DNA of 64,000 nucleotides, taken from contig OZ024743.1 in the NCBI GenBank assembly GCA_964016885.1, positions 152,458,001-152,522,000 of the forward strand, given 5' to 3'. Below, in pieces: positions 12,780 to 24,042 of this stretch. Numbering within the stretch: the stretch's first letter is position 1; each line of letters starts with the position of its first letter. The stretch comes from Eledone cirrhosa (lineage: Eukaryota). The notes below the pieces were generated by a model, which saw only the letters and a program-made list of their open reading frames with translations, was not told the origin of the DNA and ran no database searches. The position numbers and the translations under genes were made by a program.

Positions 12780-14035
12780 ACGAAGACGAAGAATTTCCTT
12801 CCGTACCGTTTTGTACCACAGATGCGATATCACCCTGCTTCGTTGATGTCCTATCGACACCAAAGTTCAACGTTTGGGCGAATAGATTTGAATCCTACCA
12901 CCAACAACATAGCTGGATGACCGATAATCACACCAAACCGGAGTACTGTGATCCTTGTGACTTCTAAATATACAACCAATGACACTGTCACGAAGACCAG
13001 GAAACCATACTCCATATATTGAACCAATTGATTGATTTGTGCGAACAAAATAACACCAAACACATATTGAACTAGGAATATTGGATCCTCGGTCAATGTC
13101 CGGGTGAGCAAAAATTGACTTCTATCTGCATTGGAATTTACAAACTTGTGCATCTGCTGTGGTGTCAAAAACAAACGCACATGACCGCACAGATAAACAA
13201 TGAACCATGCCACGTGGCTTGAACCCGTAAGTGAATTGAAGGTTCTGCAACTCTGATACACATATTGTTTATTATTTATTATTAAGATGTATAAACTGGA
13301 CACAACTGTTATCATCCTATATTCTCTCAACGAATCACACTTGATCATATTTCTCTATCCTGTTTTCTCCCCCCATAATTATTATATTTTTATTACTTTT
13401 ATTATTTTTTATTATTGTTTGGAAAAAAATCGGTTTTTTTACATTGTGTTTTCCCCTCCAAATATTCGCTTATATTTCCTTATATATTTTTTATCTTTAG
13501 TATTATTTCCACTTTTATCCTCCTTTATATTTTACCTTATTCTTACCTTTACACCTTATTATAGTGTAATCTTCCCCATGCCTTATTATACACTATTAAT
13601 TATAGATTATTATTATTACTCTTTTTCCATTTCTAATTACCTCATGTACCTTCTCCTCCGCTATATGTATATATGTATTCTACGCCCTTCGTGTTTGCGT
13701 AGCCTCTGCACCATACTACCCACGCCACCCCATCTATGGTTCAGCTAACCACCCGACCCCCGGGAATGAATATGACCGCAGCTAGTAAACAAGGACCAAC
13801 ACCCCACCCTCCCGCACCAAAATTAGACTTATCGTCCCCTACTTTTGCTCTTTACTCTCTCTACCCTTTGTTCTTGGGTGTTTGGTTGGTAGAGTCCATA
13901 ACACCAATCAAACTCCTTTTATATCTCTGATGAATCCTACGGTTACACGTAAGGAAGAAACATTGTTAGCCAATAAAACTCTTTTGATGTTGTAGACGCT
14001 CTTGTGTTCTTTTTCATATACACATATATATACAT
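12780..14035 (+). mobile_element. Repeat element: decayed L1/Tx1-like C-terminal coding remnant, pyrimidine-rich 3' region and hammerhead motif (copy 1)
   Basis: Frame reads HCHEDQETILHIL...YWILG...IGIYKLVHLLW; 13011-14035 recurs at 26037-27055. Confidence 0.55.
13924..13970 (+). ncRNA. Hammerhead ribozyme motif (type I, minimal)
   Basis: tct-CTGATGA-a-TCCTACG ggttaca-type loop CGTAAGGA-a-GAAAC att GTT-agc, followed by AATAAA; stem I weak in this copy. Confidence 0.55.
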
Positions 14036-14431
14036 GTCACATACCTACATATATATATAAATATGTACAAATGTCATACAAACTGAAAATTCTTGGAGAT
14101 ACGAATAATAATAATAAACTTGAACTTATCTCAAAGGATTCTCCAAATTATGTACCATATTCAACCAAGGGGTCTTACTGCGTTTTAGACCGTTAGCGAA
14201 TACACTTCCGGTCCATCAAAACAAACTTTACATATACATATATATCCATATATATACAGTACATATATGTATATATATATATATGTATATATATATATAC
14301 ATATATATGTATATATATATATATATATATATTTACATATATGTATATGTATGTAAAATTTGATTGGAGTGATGGTAAATTGTAAATAAATAAAAACTCT
14401 ACCATTACAAGTTCTGCCGAGAGAATGTAAA

Positions 14432-15830
14432 TCTACTTATATATATAACCTGCAATTTCTCTGTCTGTCCGTCCGACAGTGGAAACACGTGTGTAGAGAG
14501 AGAGTGAGAGTGAAAGAAAGAGACAGACTACGAGAGGGGGATAGCGGGAGGGAAAGAGGGAGAGAGAGAGAGTGAATAGATGCTAAAACACGTGCTATAG
14601 AAACATTACCTTCCCCTCTCCACTGACTTTGGTCACTGAGGCCGAGGGAATCGCTGGTTGCTATAGAGACACCTTGCACAAGCCAGAAGTAACCAGTTCG
14701 AGGCGGTTCTGACTTGACACCATGCGAAGAAGGTTGCCATTGAATTTGTGGTTTGAAGAAGGTTGCGATTGAATTTGTGGTTGTTGCTGCTGATAATAAG
14801 GACCATTTGAAGAAGGTTGCCATTGAATTTGTGGTTTGAAGAAGGTTGCCATTGAATTTGTGGTTGTTGCTGCTGATAATAAGGACCATTTGAAGAAGGT
14901 TGCTGCTGATGAGGTAATTTATTAATCAGATTGCGCAGTTCCATAACCTACGTTTGATTTGTTCAATTTTTTTCTTCAATTTTTTTTTATTTCTTATTGA
15001 AAAAATATAAATAATAAAATAAGGTTAGGAATTTAAATACGATTTAATTTCCATTTCCAGCAGCCAATGTCCAGTGTTCAATTTCATGAAAAAATTGGAA
15101 ATAATAAAAAAAATTGAAGTTTAACTTTTGAACATTTGTTTTGACAATAAAAAAATATTTCCTTATTCACACCTAATGGTATGATTAAAATTTCATAGGA
15201 ATATTTTTTTCTAACCGCCAGTTATTTAAATATTATTAAAAATAATTATTTAAAAAAAAAGAATGGAATATTTTGTGGATTTTTTTACCACCTTCCAAGC
15301 CTTAAACACTAATTCTCCCGAATTTGTGTTTTGTAATGACCCTCAGGACGCTGCTATTGTTGATTCCAATAGTGCCTGGTATTCGAATATGTTAGTATAC
15401 AATTGTTTGAATAAAATTAAGGCGCAATTAGAGCTGCCAAACAAAATTTTTTTTGGCTTCGGCCCATATTATATATATATATAATGGGGATGATGATGAT
15501 GATATACATAGTTACATATGTATATGTAATCTCCTTATAATATATAACCAGCAATTTCTCTGTCTGTCTGTCTGACAGTGGAAACACGTGCGCGCGTGCG
15601 AATGTTTTTTGCGCACGCGTAGAGAGAGACTGAGAGTGAAAGAAAGAGACAGACTATGAGAGGGGGATAGCGGGAGGGAGAGAGAGAGTGAATAGACGCT
15701 AAAACACGTGCGCGTGTGCGAATGTTTTTTGCGCACGCGTAGATAGAGAGTGAGAGTGAAAGAAAGAGACAGACTACAAGAGGGGGATAGCGGGAGGGAG
15801 AGAGGGGGGAATTGAGGAGTGCTACAGAAA
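14432..15830 (+). mobile_element. Helitron-like 5' fragments (two TC starts at ~14432 and ~15530) with internal minisatellite
   Basis: TC..tatatataacc(t/a)gcaatttctctgtctgtc starts; repeated gagagtgaaagaaagagacagacta units; 29-bp ggttgccattgaatttgtggtttgaagaa tandem at 14730-14905. Confidence 0.5.
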
Positions 15831-16042
15831 CATATATACATTTCTGTGTGTGTGTAATATATATATATATACACACACAGAAATATATATATATACACAC
15901 AGAAACATATATAAATTTCTGTGTGTGTAATATATATATATATACACACAGAAATATATATACATTTCTGTGTGTGTAATATATATATATATACACACAG
16001 AAATATATATACATTTCTGTGTGTGTAATATATATATATATA
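15824..16042. repeat. ~50-bp palindromic minisatellite
   Basis: Repeated acagaaatatatatacatttctgtgtgtgtaatatatatatatacac units. Confidence 0.85.
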
Positions 16043-16079
16043 CTAGCAGAAAACCACCCGGTGGGTGATTTTCTGCTAG

Positions 16080-17040
16080 TCTATATATATAAAACAGAGG
16101 ATGTCTGTGTGTCTGTTTCCCTAAAACTCGAGAAGTACCCAACCGGTTTTTTTCAAACTTTATACATGTAACTTGTATGACCCCGGAAGTGTTTTGAGCA
16201 AAAAAATTTCAAATTTTCAAAACCCTAGGGATTAGGCGATTCAGCGATCTCTTTCTCTTTTTAGATAGATACATAGATATGACGTTGCGCCTTCATAATA
16301 TCTGTCTGTATGCCTGACTGTCTGCATTACGTCATTATGACGCGATCAGTGTGTGTGTGTATATATATTCTCATGCCAGGGAACGTCTTCACGAACCAAA
16401 GTATCGTCTTCCTGTTTTCCAGATTGATTTTTTTAGTTTAAGAAGATCCCGTTAAGGTTGAAAGCAGCGATTCTTTGCTTAAACATTAATATGTTATTTT
16501 AATATAGATATTCGTGTACAGATATTTTTGCATACACAAAAACAAAATATAAACAAACAAGGCCAAAGATTACATCAATTAGTCTTTTGGAAGACATCAG
16601 GAAGATATCCTGATGTCTTCCAAAAGTAACGGTTGCATTTTGAAAGGGTACATCAATGTTTATTTATAAAACTGGTATATATTGTATTTTGTCTGATGAA
16701 GGCATACCATAATTTAACTTCGTATCCTTGAAATATGTATAATGAAATAAATATGGTTTTATAAATATAGTTTCCATTTGTTAATATCGTATATCTACTC
16801 CAAATATTTGTCGAGTGCTTTATATCAGTTATAAAAATATTTGCTTGTTGTATCCCAACAATTTAAATAGAACTTTTGCATATATATATAATTATATATT
16901 TATGGACAGATATTTTTGCATACACAATAACAAAATATAAACAAACGTATTTATTTCACGAGGTTCGATAAGGATAAATATATATCAAATATATAAGAAC
17001 CCTATAGCAAATCCCGAGCAACGTCGGGCCATTCTGCTAG
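16080..17040 (+). mobile_element. Non-autonomous Helitron
   Basis: 5' TCTATATATATAAAA; 3' hairpin cccgagcaacgtcggg then ccattctgCTAG|T. Confidence 0.8.
16686..16745 (+). ncRNA. Hammerhead-like motif (degenerate) in a Penelope-type terminus inside the Helitron
   Basis: CTGATGA-aggcatac..gtatcctt-GAAA tatGTA, then AATAAA; stem I imperfect. Confidence 0.4.
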
Positions 17041-17084
17041 TATTAATATAATACAGATAGAGTGAAATGTTTTATTCATAGATT

Positions 17085-17220
17085 AATATTTAATTCTGTA
17101 TGGAACATAATTCTGCATGGCATCATTGAGTAATATTTACATTTGTATGGAACAGAATTTTGCATGGTATCATAGAGTAATATTTACATCTGTATGGAAC
17201 AGTATTCTGCATGGTATTTA
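17085..17220. repeat. 3x ~48-bp tandem repeat
   Basis: tgtatggaaca..attctgcatgg.atcat.gagtaatatttacat repeated three times. Confidence 0.8.
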
Positions 17221-18553
17221 GGATTTTGGATGACTATTGTATGTTCAACATATAAACAAACATAAAACCCAGACAACAATCAATCAGAAAATAGATACTT
17301 ATGTTTACATTTGAGAAGGTAACAGCAGATATTAGTGTCATCTGTATAGTGACAAAGAAACGAAATTAAATTATCAAATGAAAGAATAAAACAAAAGTGT
17401 GTATGTGTGAAAGCAGTAGCAATATGTATTTATGTTAGAGTTCTGAAAGATTAAAAATGCAAGTTATTTTTTTGTTATATCACAGAGTTAGTTATTTTTA
17501 GCATGTTAAGAACACACAACATGATGAAAGAAAGGTAAACATTGTACACCACGTGGATGAGTGGAGAAATGTTTAGCAATATAGAATGTAAGGGAAAGAA
17601 TATATCACCATTTAGAAAGATGTTAGTGTTGCTATTTGTCAGCTAAGGTTATATTATAAATAAAGCACCAGTAATGAACTGAGGTCAATTTAATCGACTT
17701 TCCCCTCTCCCTAAATTTCTAGCCTTGTGCCTATAGTAGAAATCATTATGAGCCTGAGTTCTTGAGTAGTCATGACAGTTGATGTTTTAATTCAAAGATC
17801 ATCTCGTTGATGTTGGATGGAATTAAATAGGTCCATGGTATGAACTGGTAAATCAGGATGAATAAACAGTGAATCATTTTAGGTGGATCAGTAAGCTTAG
17901 TTCTGACAAAAACCACCTAAACATTCAACACATCTTAGTCAACAAGGGCTGTAACTCTTGTTTATAATAAACAGCGGCAGCTCTGAAATCAAGGAAACTA
18001 GGTTTCAGCAAAAATAGGCACTGTTTTTATAACATTCATAGATCACAAAGTGTTAGTTACTTTGTCAAAAAGGTGTGGTAGTTTGGTTGGGGTTGATTAG
18101 TACAACTTTGTCACGGATATGTTTCAAAAGCTGTCAATCTGGACTGAGAAAATTTAATGTTGTCACAAGTAACAAAATTCAACATTAGCAACAATAAATA
18201 TGACTAAGATGATGTTGAAGCAATGGCGTTACACAGACTCACACACACACAAACACACATGACAAACACATATATTTTAACAAAACTAATTGTGTATAAC
18301 TTAAGCCCCTGTTGTTATCTACTCACTCAATAATTTTACAAGAATTTTATGTTTTAAATACAAACTTATAATACAGAGTGGACACTTTGTGTTAATTAGT
18401 AAATAAAAAGACTTAGTATAGGTATAATGTCTACACCAGGACTGTACAGTTTCTACATTACTTACATGAGCAACAGTTGAATCAGCATGTGTTACGAACA
18501 GAACTCATGCAATATTTTCAAATATTACATAACTTGACAAATGGAATACTTCA

Positions 18554-18604
18554 TCAGCGAGAGTTCAGTCCAAATCCAAATGGAAGATTTGTCCTGGGTC
18601 TCTT
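18554..18604 (-). CDS. Candidate terminal exon of an unidentified host gene (KRPRTNLPFGFGLNSR*)
   Basis: Acceptor ...gtgtAG (NAGNAG), open frame to TGA, followed by ~1.3 kb of largely repeat-free AT-rich UTR-like sequence; phase matches 21870-22008. Confidence 0.3.
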   Translation of the reverse strand, partial: KRPRTNLPFGFGLNSR

Positions 18605-19364
18605 CTACACTCACACACATATATATAAAATAGAAGAATATAATCCAATATCAAATGAGAGTAGAGATAGATATATAAGATTTAAATGCCAGCCGTAAGA
18701 TGCAGCAATTAGCTCAATGTTTATTCATACAATACAAATGAGCCTTGCGATAGAAGCAAGACTAAAACTTCTAAAGAGTTAGTGATGCATACAGGAGACA
18801 AGCAGAGCATTTATATTGAAAATGGGTAAAAATGACACAAGAGATATATATATATTAGTTTAATGTTTAATATGATAGGAAAAAAGGTTTAACATTTTGG
18901 ATGTTAGCCCTACATCAACAATAGAAGAAGAAATAGAATGGTGAGCATAAGAAGAAGAAGAAATGGAAAAAAGAATTTTTATGAGAAAGCATGACTGTCT
19001 TTAGCCAGTCATGCATGTATGTATATATGTGTATATATACCACTATAACACATTACCCTTTAACATTTGAACCAGCCGTATCTGACCAGAATTTTCTCAC
19101 CTATTTCTGTTCAAACCGGCCATAACTGGCCACTCATATTGCTGTTAAGGTGTTCTCAAAATTAATAACATCAAAATCTCATAGATTCGATATTACATGA
19201 GATAATTATGTAAGATAAAAGCTTTACTGTGAAAATATAATAGTATATATAGAGTAATGTTAAGTGTCATTTAACATCCTTCCTATCAAAATCTGTCATC
19301 TTTCTAAATTCATAATTTGTATTTCTAATAAAATATAAGAATTTCTTGCATGGGACATGATTTC

Positions 19365-19790
19365 AAATGTTAGGAGAATGAGAATAGTTGATTATATCAA
19401 CTCTAGTACTTTATTAGGTGGTACTTATCTCATGGACCTCAGATGAATAAAAAGAAAAGTTGAGCTTACTGATTTCTAACATTGCTATAAATTCACAAAT
19501 TTTAGGGGACAGTCAATTACATCGATTCCAGTACTGACACTTATTCATCAACCCTTGAAGGAGGATGAAAGGTAAATTTGACCTTAGTAGAACATAGAGC
19601 TGTCACTCATAAGCTCACAAATATGGGGAGAATGTATGATTAATTATATCAACCTATTACTTGACTGGTATTATGAAGTCATCCTGGAAAGATGAAAGGA
19701 AAAGTTAATGATGACAGGATTTAAAATTAGAACATAAAATGGCATAACTAGATGCTGTAAAGCACTTTTTTACCAGCATTCTAACAATTC
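19365..19790 (-). repeat. Old degenerate Nin-domain SINE copies
   Basis: Three decayed ggatgaaagg.aaagttgacc modules homologous to 25450-25630. Confidence 0.6.
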
Positions 19791-20194
19791 TCTAACTCTA
19801 CAGATATTGAGAAAAAAAAAAGCTTTTGCATACCATGGGTTCAAAAAACAAAACAAAAAAATCAAGTTGAAAAGCAAATCATATATATGAGCAGAACTAA
19901 AAGAAATAGTTTTATGAACACTAAATTTACTAGCCAAGCAAGGTAACTCATCTTTGATAGTTAAAATTGGTCTATCTATGTATATATACTCACACACATA
20001 AATATACATATATATATTAATATATATATATTAATAATAATAATAATTATGAAAATATTGTGTACAGTGCTCAGGTGCACTACAACTCATCAAAAGTGTA
20101 TGTATAGTACATAGGGTAATGTACAAACGTCAGGAAAATGAACAGTACACGAGTCATGATATACACATGTGTGCATGTGTATGGAAGGGGGACA

Positions 20195-20746
20195 TCAGGT
20201 GTAGTTTTGGCAAATTTCGGGAAGCATGAGGGTTTTAAAGAATGCAGTGTCTCGGCAGCTAACAACTGACACAGGCAGTTTGTTCCATGCTTCAGCAACT
20301 CTAAGTGTGAAAAAGTGTTTCCGAAAGTCATGGGAGCTGTGCTGTTTTCTGACTTTGTAGGCATGTCCACATGTGTTAGACACATGGAGATCAAAAAGGT
20401 GCTCAGGGTTGTTGTTGGCGAGATGGTTAATAACTTTGTGGGTGTTTACCAAGTCCATTGCCAGATGTCGGAGCTTCAATGAATCCATGCCCAGGGAAGC
20501 AAGGCGTTCAGAGTATGGTAGGTGTCTGATGGAGGGTATGCGCTTGGTTGCACATCTCTGAACAGTTTCCAGGAGGTCAATGTTCTGAGCAAGATAGGGG
20601 TTCCAGACTGATGATGCGAATTCCAAGTGTGGTCGTACCATAGCTGTATACAGCTTTAAATATATGGCTGGAGAGCGGCTAACAAAGGTCTTGCTGAGTG
20701 ATGCCAAGACACCCTCGGCCTTCTTGACAATTTTAGAGATGTGCAA
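20195..20746 (-). mobile_element. CR1-group LINE 3' fragment
   Basis: LYTAMVRPHLEFASSVWNPY, LETVQRCATK, YSERLASLG, FFTLRVAEAWNKLP. Confidence 0.9.
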
Positions 20747-20848
20747 AATGCTATGTGTTTCCCAAAAGTTGTATGTCTTTTCCTCTATATATATATATTT
20801 AAAACTTGCAAATATAATAAATATATATATATGTATATGTATATATAT

Positions 20849-21194
20849 ATAAATGTAAGCTGAGTTTTTTGAATATTAATAATAACATTTGATTCGTTTG
20901 CAATTATACAAACAAGCCTCAATTTTATAGCCATGTCAGTAGAATGAACACTTCATTCTTGCTCTTGTGTTGGCATGCGAACAGAACTGCAGACACTAAT
21001 GTTTCTGGGTATCACCCTCATCAGTACAGCTCACTGCTCACCTGCCAAACTGTCAGTTCTGTTCACATGCCAATACAAGAGCAAGAATGAAGGGTTCATT
21101 CTGCTGACATGGCTATAAAATTGAGGCTTGTTTGTATAATTGCAAACGAATCGAATGTAATTATTAATATTCGAAAAACTCAGATTACGTTTAT
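20849..21194. repeat. Fold-back inverted repeat (~140-bp arms) with a hammerhead at its centre
   Basis: Left arm ataaatgtaagctgag...gaacagaactg is the reverse complement of right arm cagttctgttc...cagattacgtttat; (TA)n on the left flank. Confidence 0.9.
20987..21029 (-). ncRNA. Hammerhead ribozyme (type I), intact core
   Basis: Minus: CTGTA-CTGATGA-GGGT gat ACCC-a-GAAACA ttag TGTC-TGCAG; 5-bp stem I, 4-bp stem II, 3-bp stem III, GUC cleavage triplet. Confidence 0.85.
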
Positions 21195-21328
21195 TGTATT
21201 CAGCCATGTAGAACGAAAATTTTCTTTTTTATTTATATATATATATACATTCGGTATACAAGGATGCAATTCACTTCTAACACTCGATGGCATATTACTT
21301 CTTAAAAACAAGGAAGACGGAGTATATT

Positions 21329-21758
21329 TATAAAGAGGAAAATGCGAAGTTGAAGATGCTAGAGTCCTTTATTAATTGAGCCGTTATATATATTTTCATG
21401 ACGGCAGATATCGTGATTTCTTCAGACACCAAAAATTGATTAAAAGATAACATTTCTGAGACAATTTTGTGTGGAAGGGAGTGGACTAAGAAAAATGTAT
21501 GTTTTTGCTTTGGGTGTCTGCTCCCTTCTAACTTTCAGAACATCCTGACTGTTCTGTGCAGTTGCAGGGGTGTCGGTGCCTGACCACTCAACTACCACCT
21601 AGAATACTACAAACCTTATTTCCCTCTAGCTACCAGTTCCCCACCACCCTGGCCGACAACACTATCTGGTCAGTGGGAGTTCAAACCAGCCAAATTTGTT
21701 TAAAGGTTCAATAAATAAAGGACTCTAACATCTTCAACTTTGTATTTTCCTCTTTATA
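21329..21758. repeat. Inverted-repeat element (~57-bp arms) with a decayed hammerhead at 21382-21430 (-)
   Basis: Arms tataaagaggaaaatgcgaagttgaagatgctagagtcc and its reverse complement; minus CTGAAGA-a-ATCACG..CGTCAT-GAAA. Confidence 0.6.
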
Positions 21759-21869
21759 TATCTATTATATTTATATATATTGTGTGCATTTTCTGATGAT
21801 ACCGTATATAGTGTGCTTGTAATGAATGTTACACACACACACACACACAAACTACTCATTAGTTTATAC

Positions 21870-22008
21870 CCTCTTGTGCAGCATGTCTGTCCTATTTCTA
21901 GCTAACCCCTTATACAATGATTTCCTAAGAAGGCGTGGAGTACTAGACATATAAGATAAAGGACATTTATGCCTTTCCTCAGGGAATTTCCTAAAGTAAC
22001 TGGAGATG
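21870..22008 (-). CDS. Candidate internal exon of an unidentified host gene (ISSYFRKFPEERHKCPLSYMSSTPRLLRKSLYKGLARNRTDMLHKR)
   Basis: Strong acceptor ttttgattttcctttatAG, 139 nt (1 nt + 46 open codons), weak donor AGG|GTATAA; non-repetitive context. Confidence 0.35.
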
Positions 22009-22707
22009 CTATAAAGGAAAATCAAAACAGAGGTATGATCTCAATTCAGTTGGACACGGCACATATGTAATGTATGATCATGAATATGTGTTTCATTCTT
22101 AAGATATATGAATTACCTGGCAATGGTTGTACTGTAATACAAATTTAATCTACTCACAATAGAAAATATGGTTTGGATGATAAGCTTACTAATGGTTGTC
22201 TCTTCCCTATTTAGGCACATCATACTTATCTCCTGAATGAATAACTTTATGACTACTTGTTTCTGACCAGCTTGGGAATATTTATCTCACTTATTCTCTT
22301 CATTTCTCTTTATCTTTCTCTATTTTTGCACACTTACTCTCTCTTTCTCTGTGTTTCTTTCTCTTTCTCTTTCTCTCTGTTTTTTCTTTCTCTTTCTCCC
22401 TTTCTTTCTCTCTCATTTTACTGACCACCTTATCACAAGATAATCATCTGTATCCAAATGATACATACATGTGGCATACATATACAATAGCACAGCATTC
22501 ACACTTATAAAAATAAGCTATACAATAGCTATACAATAGCACAGTATTCACACTTATAAAAATAAGTATCTTTCAAATACAAGAAATATCTACTGATAAT
22601 CAGAGGTGTTGTTATGCTGCACATCAAAAGTTTAAAAGTTTAGATTTAATTTAATATGATAGATAAGTTTAGAGCATCCTTTCTCCTATCCATCCCCTAT
22701 ATATATA

Positions 22708-23278
22708 TTATATTGTTCTGGTATCTCGAATTAGTGCCATTGAACCACATGTATTATAAACAACTTGAATATTTCTACAAGTACATTGTACCTGTTGAGG
22801 TATCCATCCACTTCTATAATTATTCTCCTTATGTAGAGAACAAAACGTTGAATAATGCTGTTAATTTTAGTGGCAATTCGACATGTTTATAATATCCAGC
22901 TTTTATCAGCGACCTGGTTATGCGTGTGTGTCATTTTAACGGCTTGACCGCATGCGTTGGGCAGGGAGCATAATATTTACTTGCTATAAGGCTTGATACC
23001 TTATGGCGTGGAAATAGGGCTGTCTAAAGATTCATTTCTTTCCATTGGAAATTCGTTGGATTTTCAATCTTTCGGAATGATGAAACCGTCGGTAACAGCG
23101 TCTGAACAGGTGATTATTTAATCATCTTTTAATTTATTTAGAAAATTGTTTAATAACCGCTTGCTTCGCTACTTTTATATTGTTCTGGTATCTCGAATTA
23201 GTGCCATTGAACCACATGTATTATAAACAACTTGAATATTTCTACAAGTACATTGTACCTGTTGAGGTATCCATCCAC

Positions 23279-23285
<7 letters not shown>
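22708..23285 (+). mobile_element. Retrozyme/pLTR-like element: 467-bp unit with ~110-bp terminal direct repeat
   Basis: 22708-22818 repeats at 23175-23285; (TA)n on both flanks; internal hammerhead. Confidence 0.75.
23019..23099 (+). ncRNA. Hammerhead ribozyme motif with one core substitution
   Basis: GCTGT-CTAAAGA(G5>A)-t-TCATT...AATGA-t-GAAACC gtc GGTA-ACAGC; 5-bp stem I, long stem II, GUA triplet. Confidence 0.65.
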
Positions 23286-23343
<58 letters not shown>

Positions 23344-23394
23344 TAGAACACCGTATTAGTAGTAGTAGTAGTAGTAATAGTAGTAGTAGTAGAG

Positions 23395-23690
23395 CACTCA
23401 GTCCATGGGGTGAGTTTGGTAGAACTAGTCGGGTAGGTGTCACAACAAAAAAAGCACACAGCCACACTGTATGTGGCCTTGTAGGTAACACGGTAAAAAC
23501 CTCCCAGTCCACACTGTAAACATGGTTGGTGTTAGGAAGGGCATCCAGCCGTAGAAAATCTGCCAGACAGTCCTATACGAGCGAGACACGGTCTCCCGAC
23601 CAATCTTGCCTCAAGTAGGACAATTCCTGTCTAAACCCATGGTAGCATGGAAGATAGATGTTAAACAATGATGATGATGATGATGATGAG
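23395..23690 (+). repeat. RTE-derived short non-autonomous element
   Basis: RTE 5'UTR module (ggttggtgttaggaagggcatcca) plus 3' end cccatg.tagcatggaag..gttaaac(gat)n. Confidence 0.75.
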
Positions 23691-24042
23691 TCCCACAACA
23701 GTTAATTCACCATTTCCAAGAACAATTGTTTCATCTTAGTCGGATCATCAGCTGATGATATGGAACTACTTCTCTTTTTCTCTCTCTATATTTAAATTCA
23801 AAATAGGGGGCACACAAGACAAAGACATTGAAAAAAAAAACAATGGAAAGACAGACAATCATATCTCCTCAGACAACCTCTACAGTTTCAGTGCAATATA
23901 TATATTTACACAAACATATATACACACTCACAAATATATATATATACAGGGAGTGTAGTGCGGAGTTACTGTAGGTTCACCCCGGGTGAGCACTCGATGT
24001 TTAGGTTCACTTCTGTATCGAGGTGTAGAGCAAGACAGAGTG

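Noticed and set aside
14730-14905. Regular 29-bp repeats that resemble a CRISPR array
   Set aside because: The intervening sequences are themselves repeated, there are no cas genes, and the context is eukaryotic; it is a minisatellite.
18551-18557. CTGATGA on minus near the candidate stop codon
   Set aside because: No supporting stems; a chance match.
21983-22032. Plus-strand mini-exon (cctcAG|GGAATT...AGAG|GTATGA)
   Set aside because: No partner exons were found, and it overlaps the better-supported minus-strand candidate; not fully excluded.
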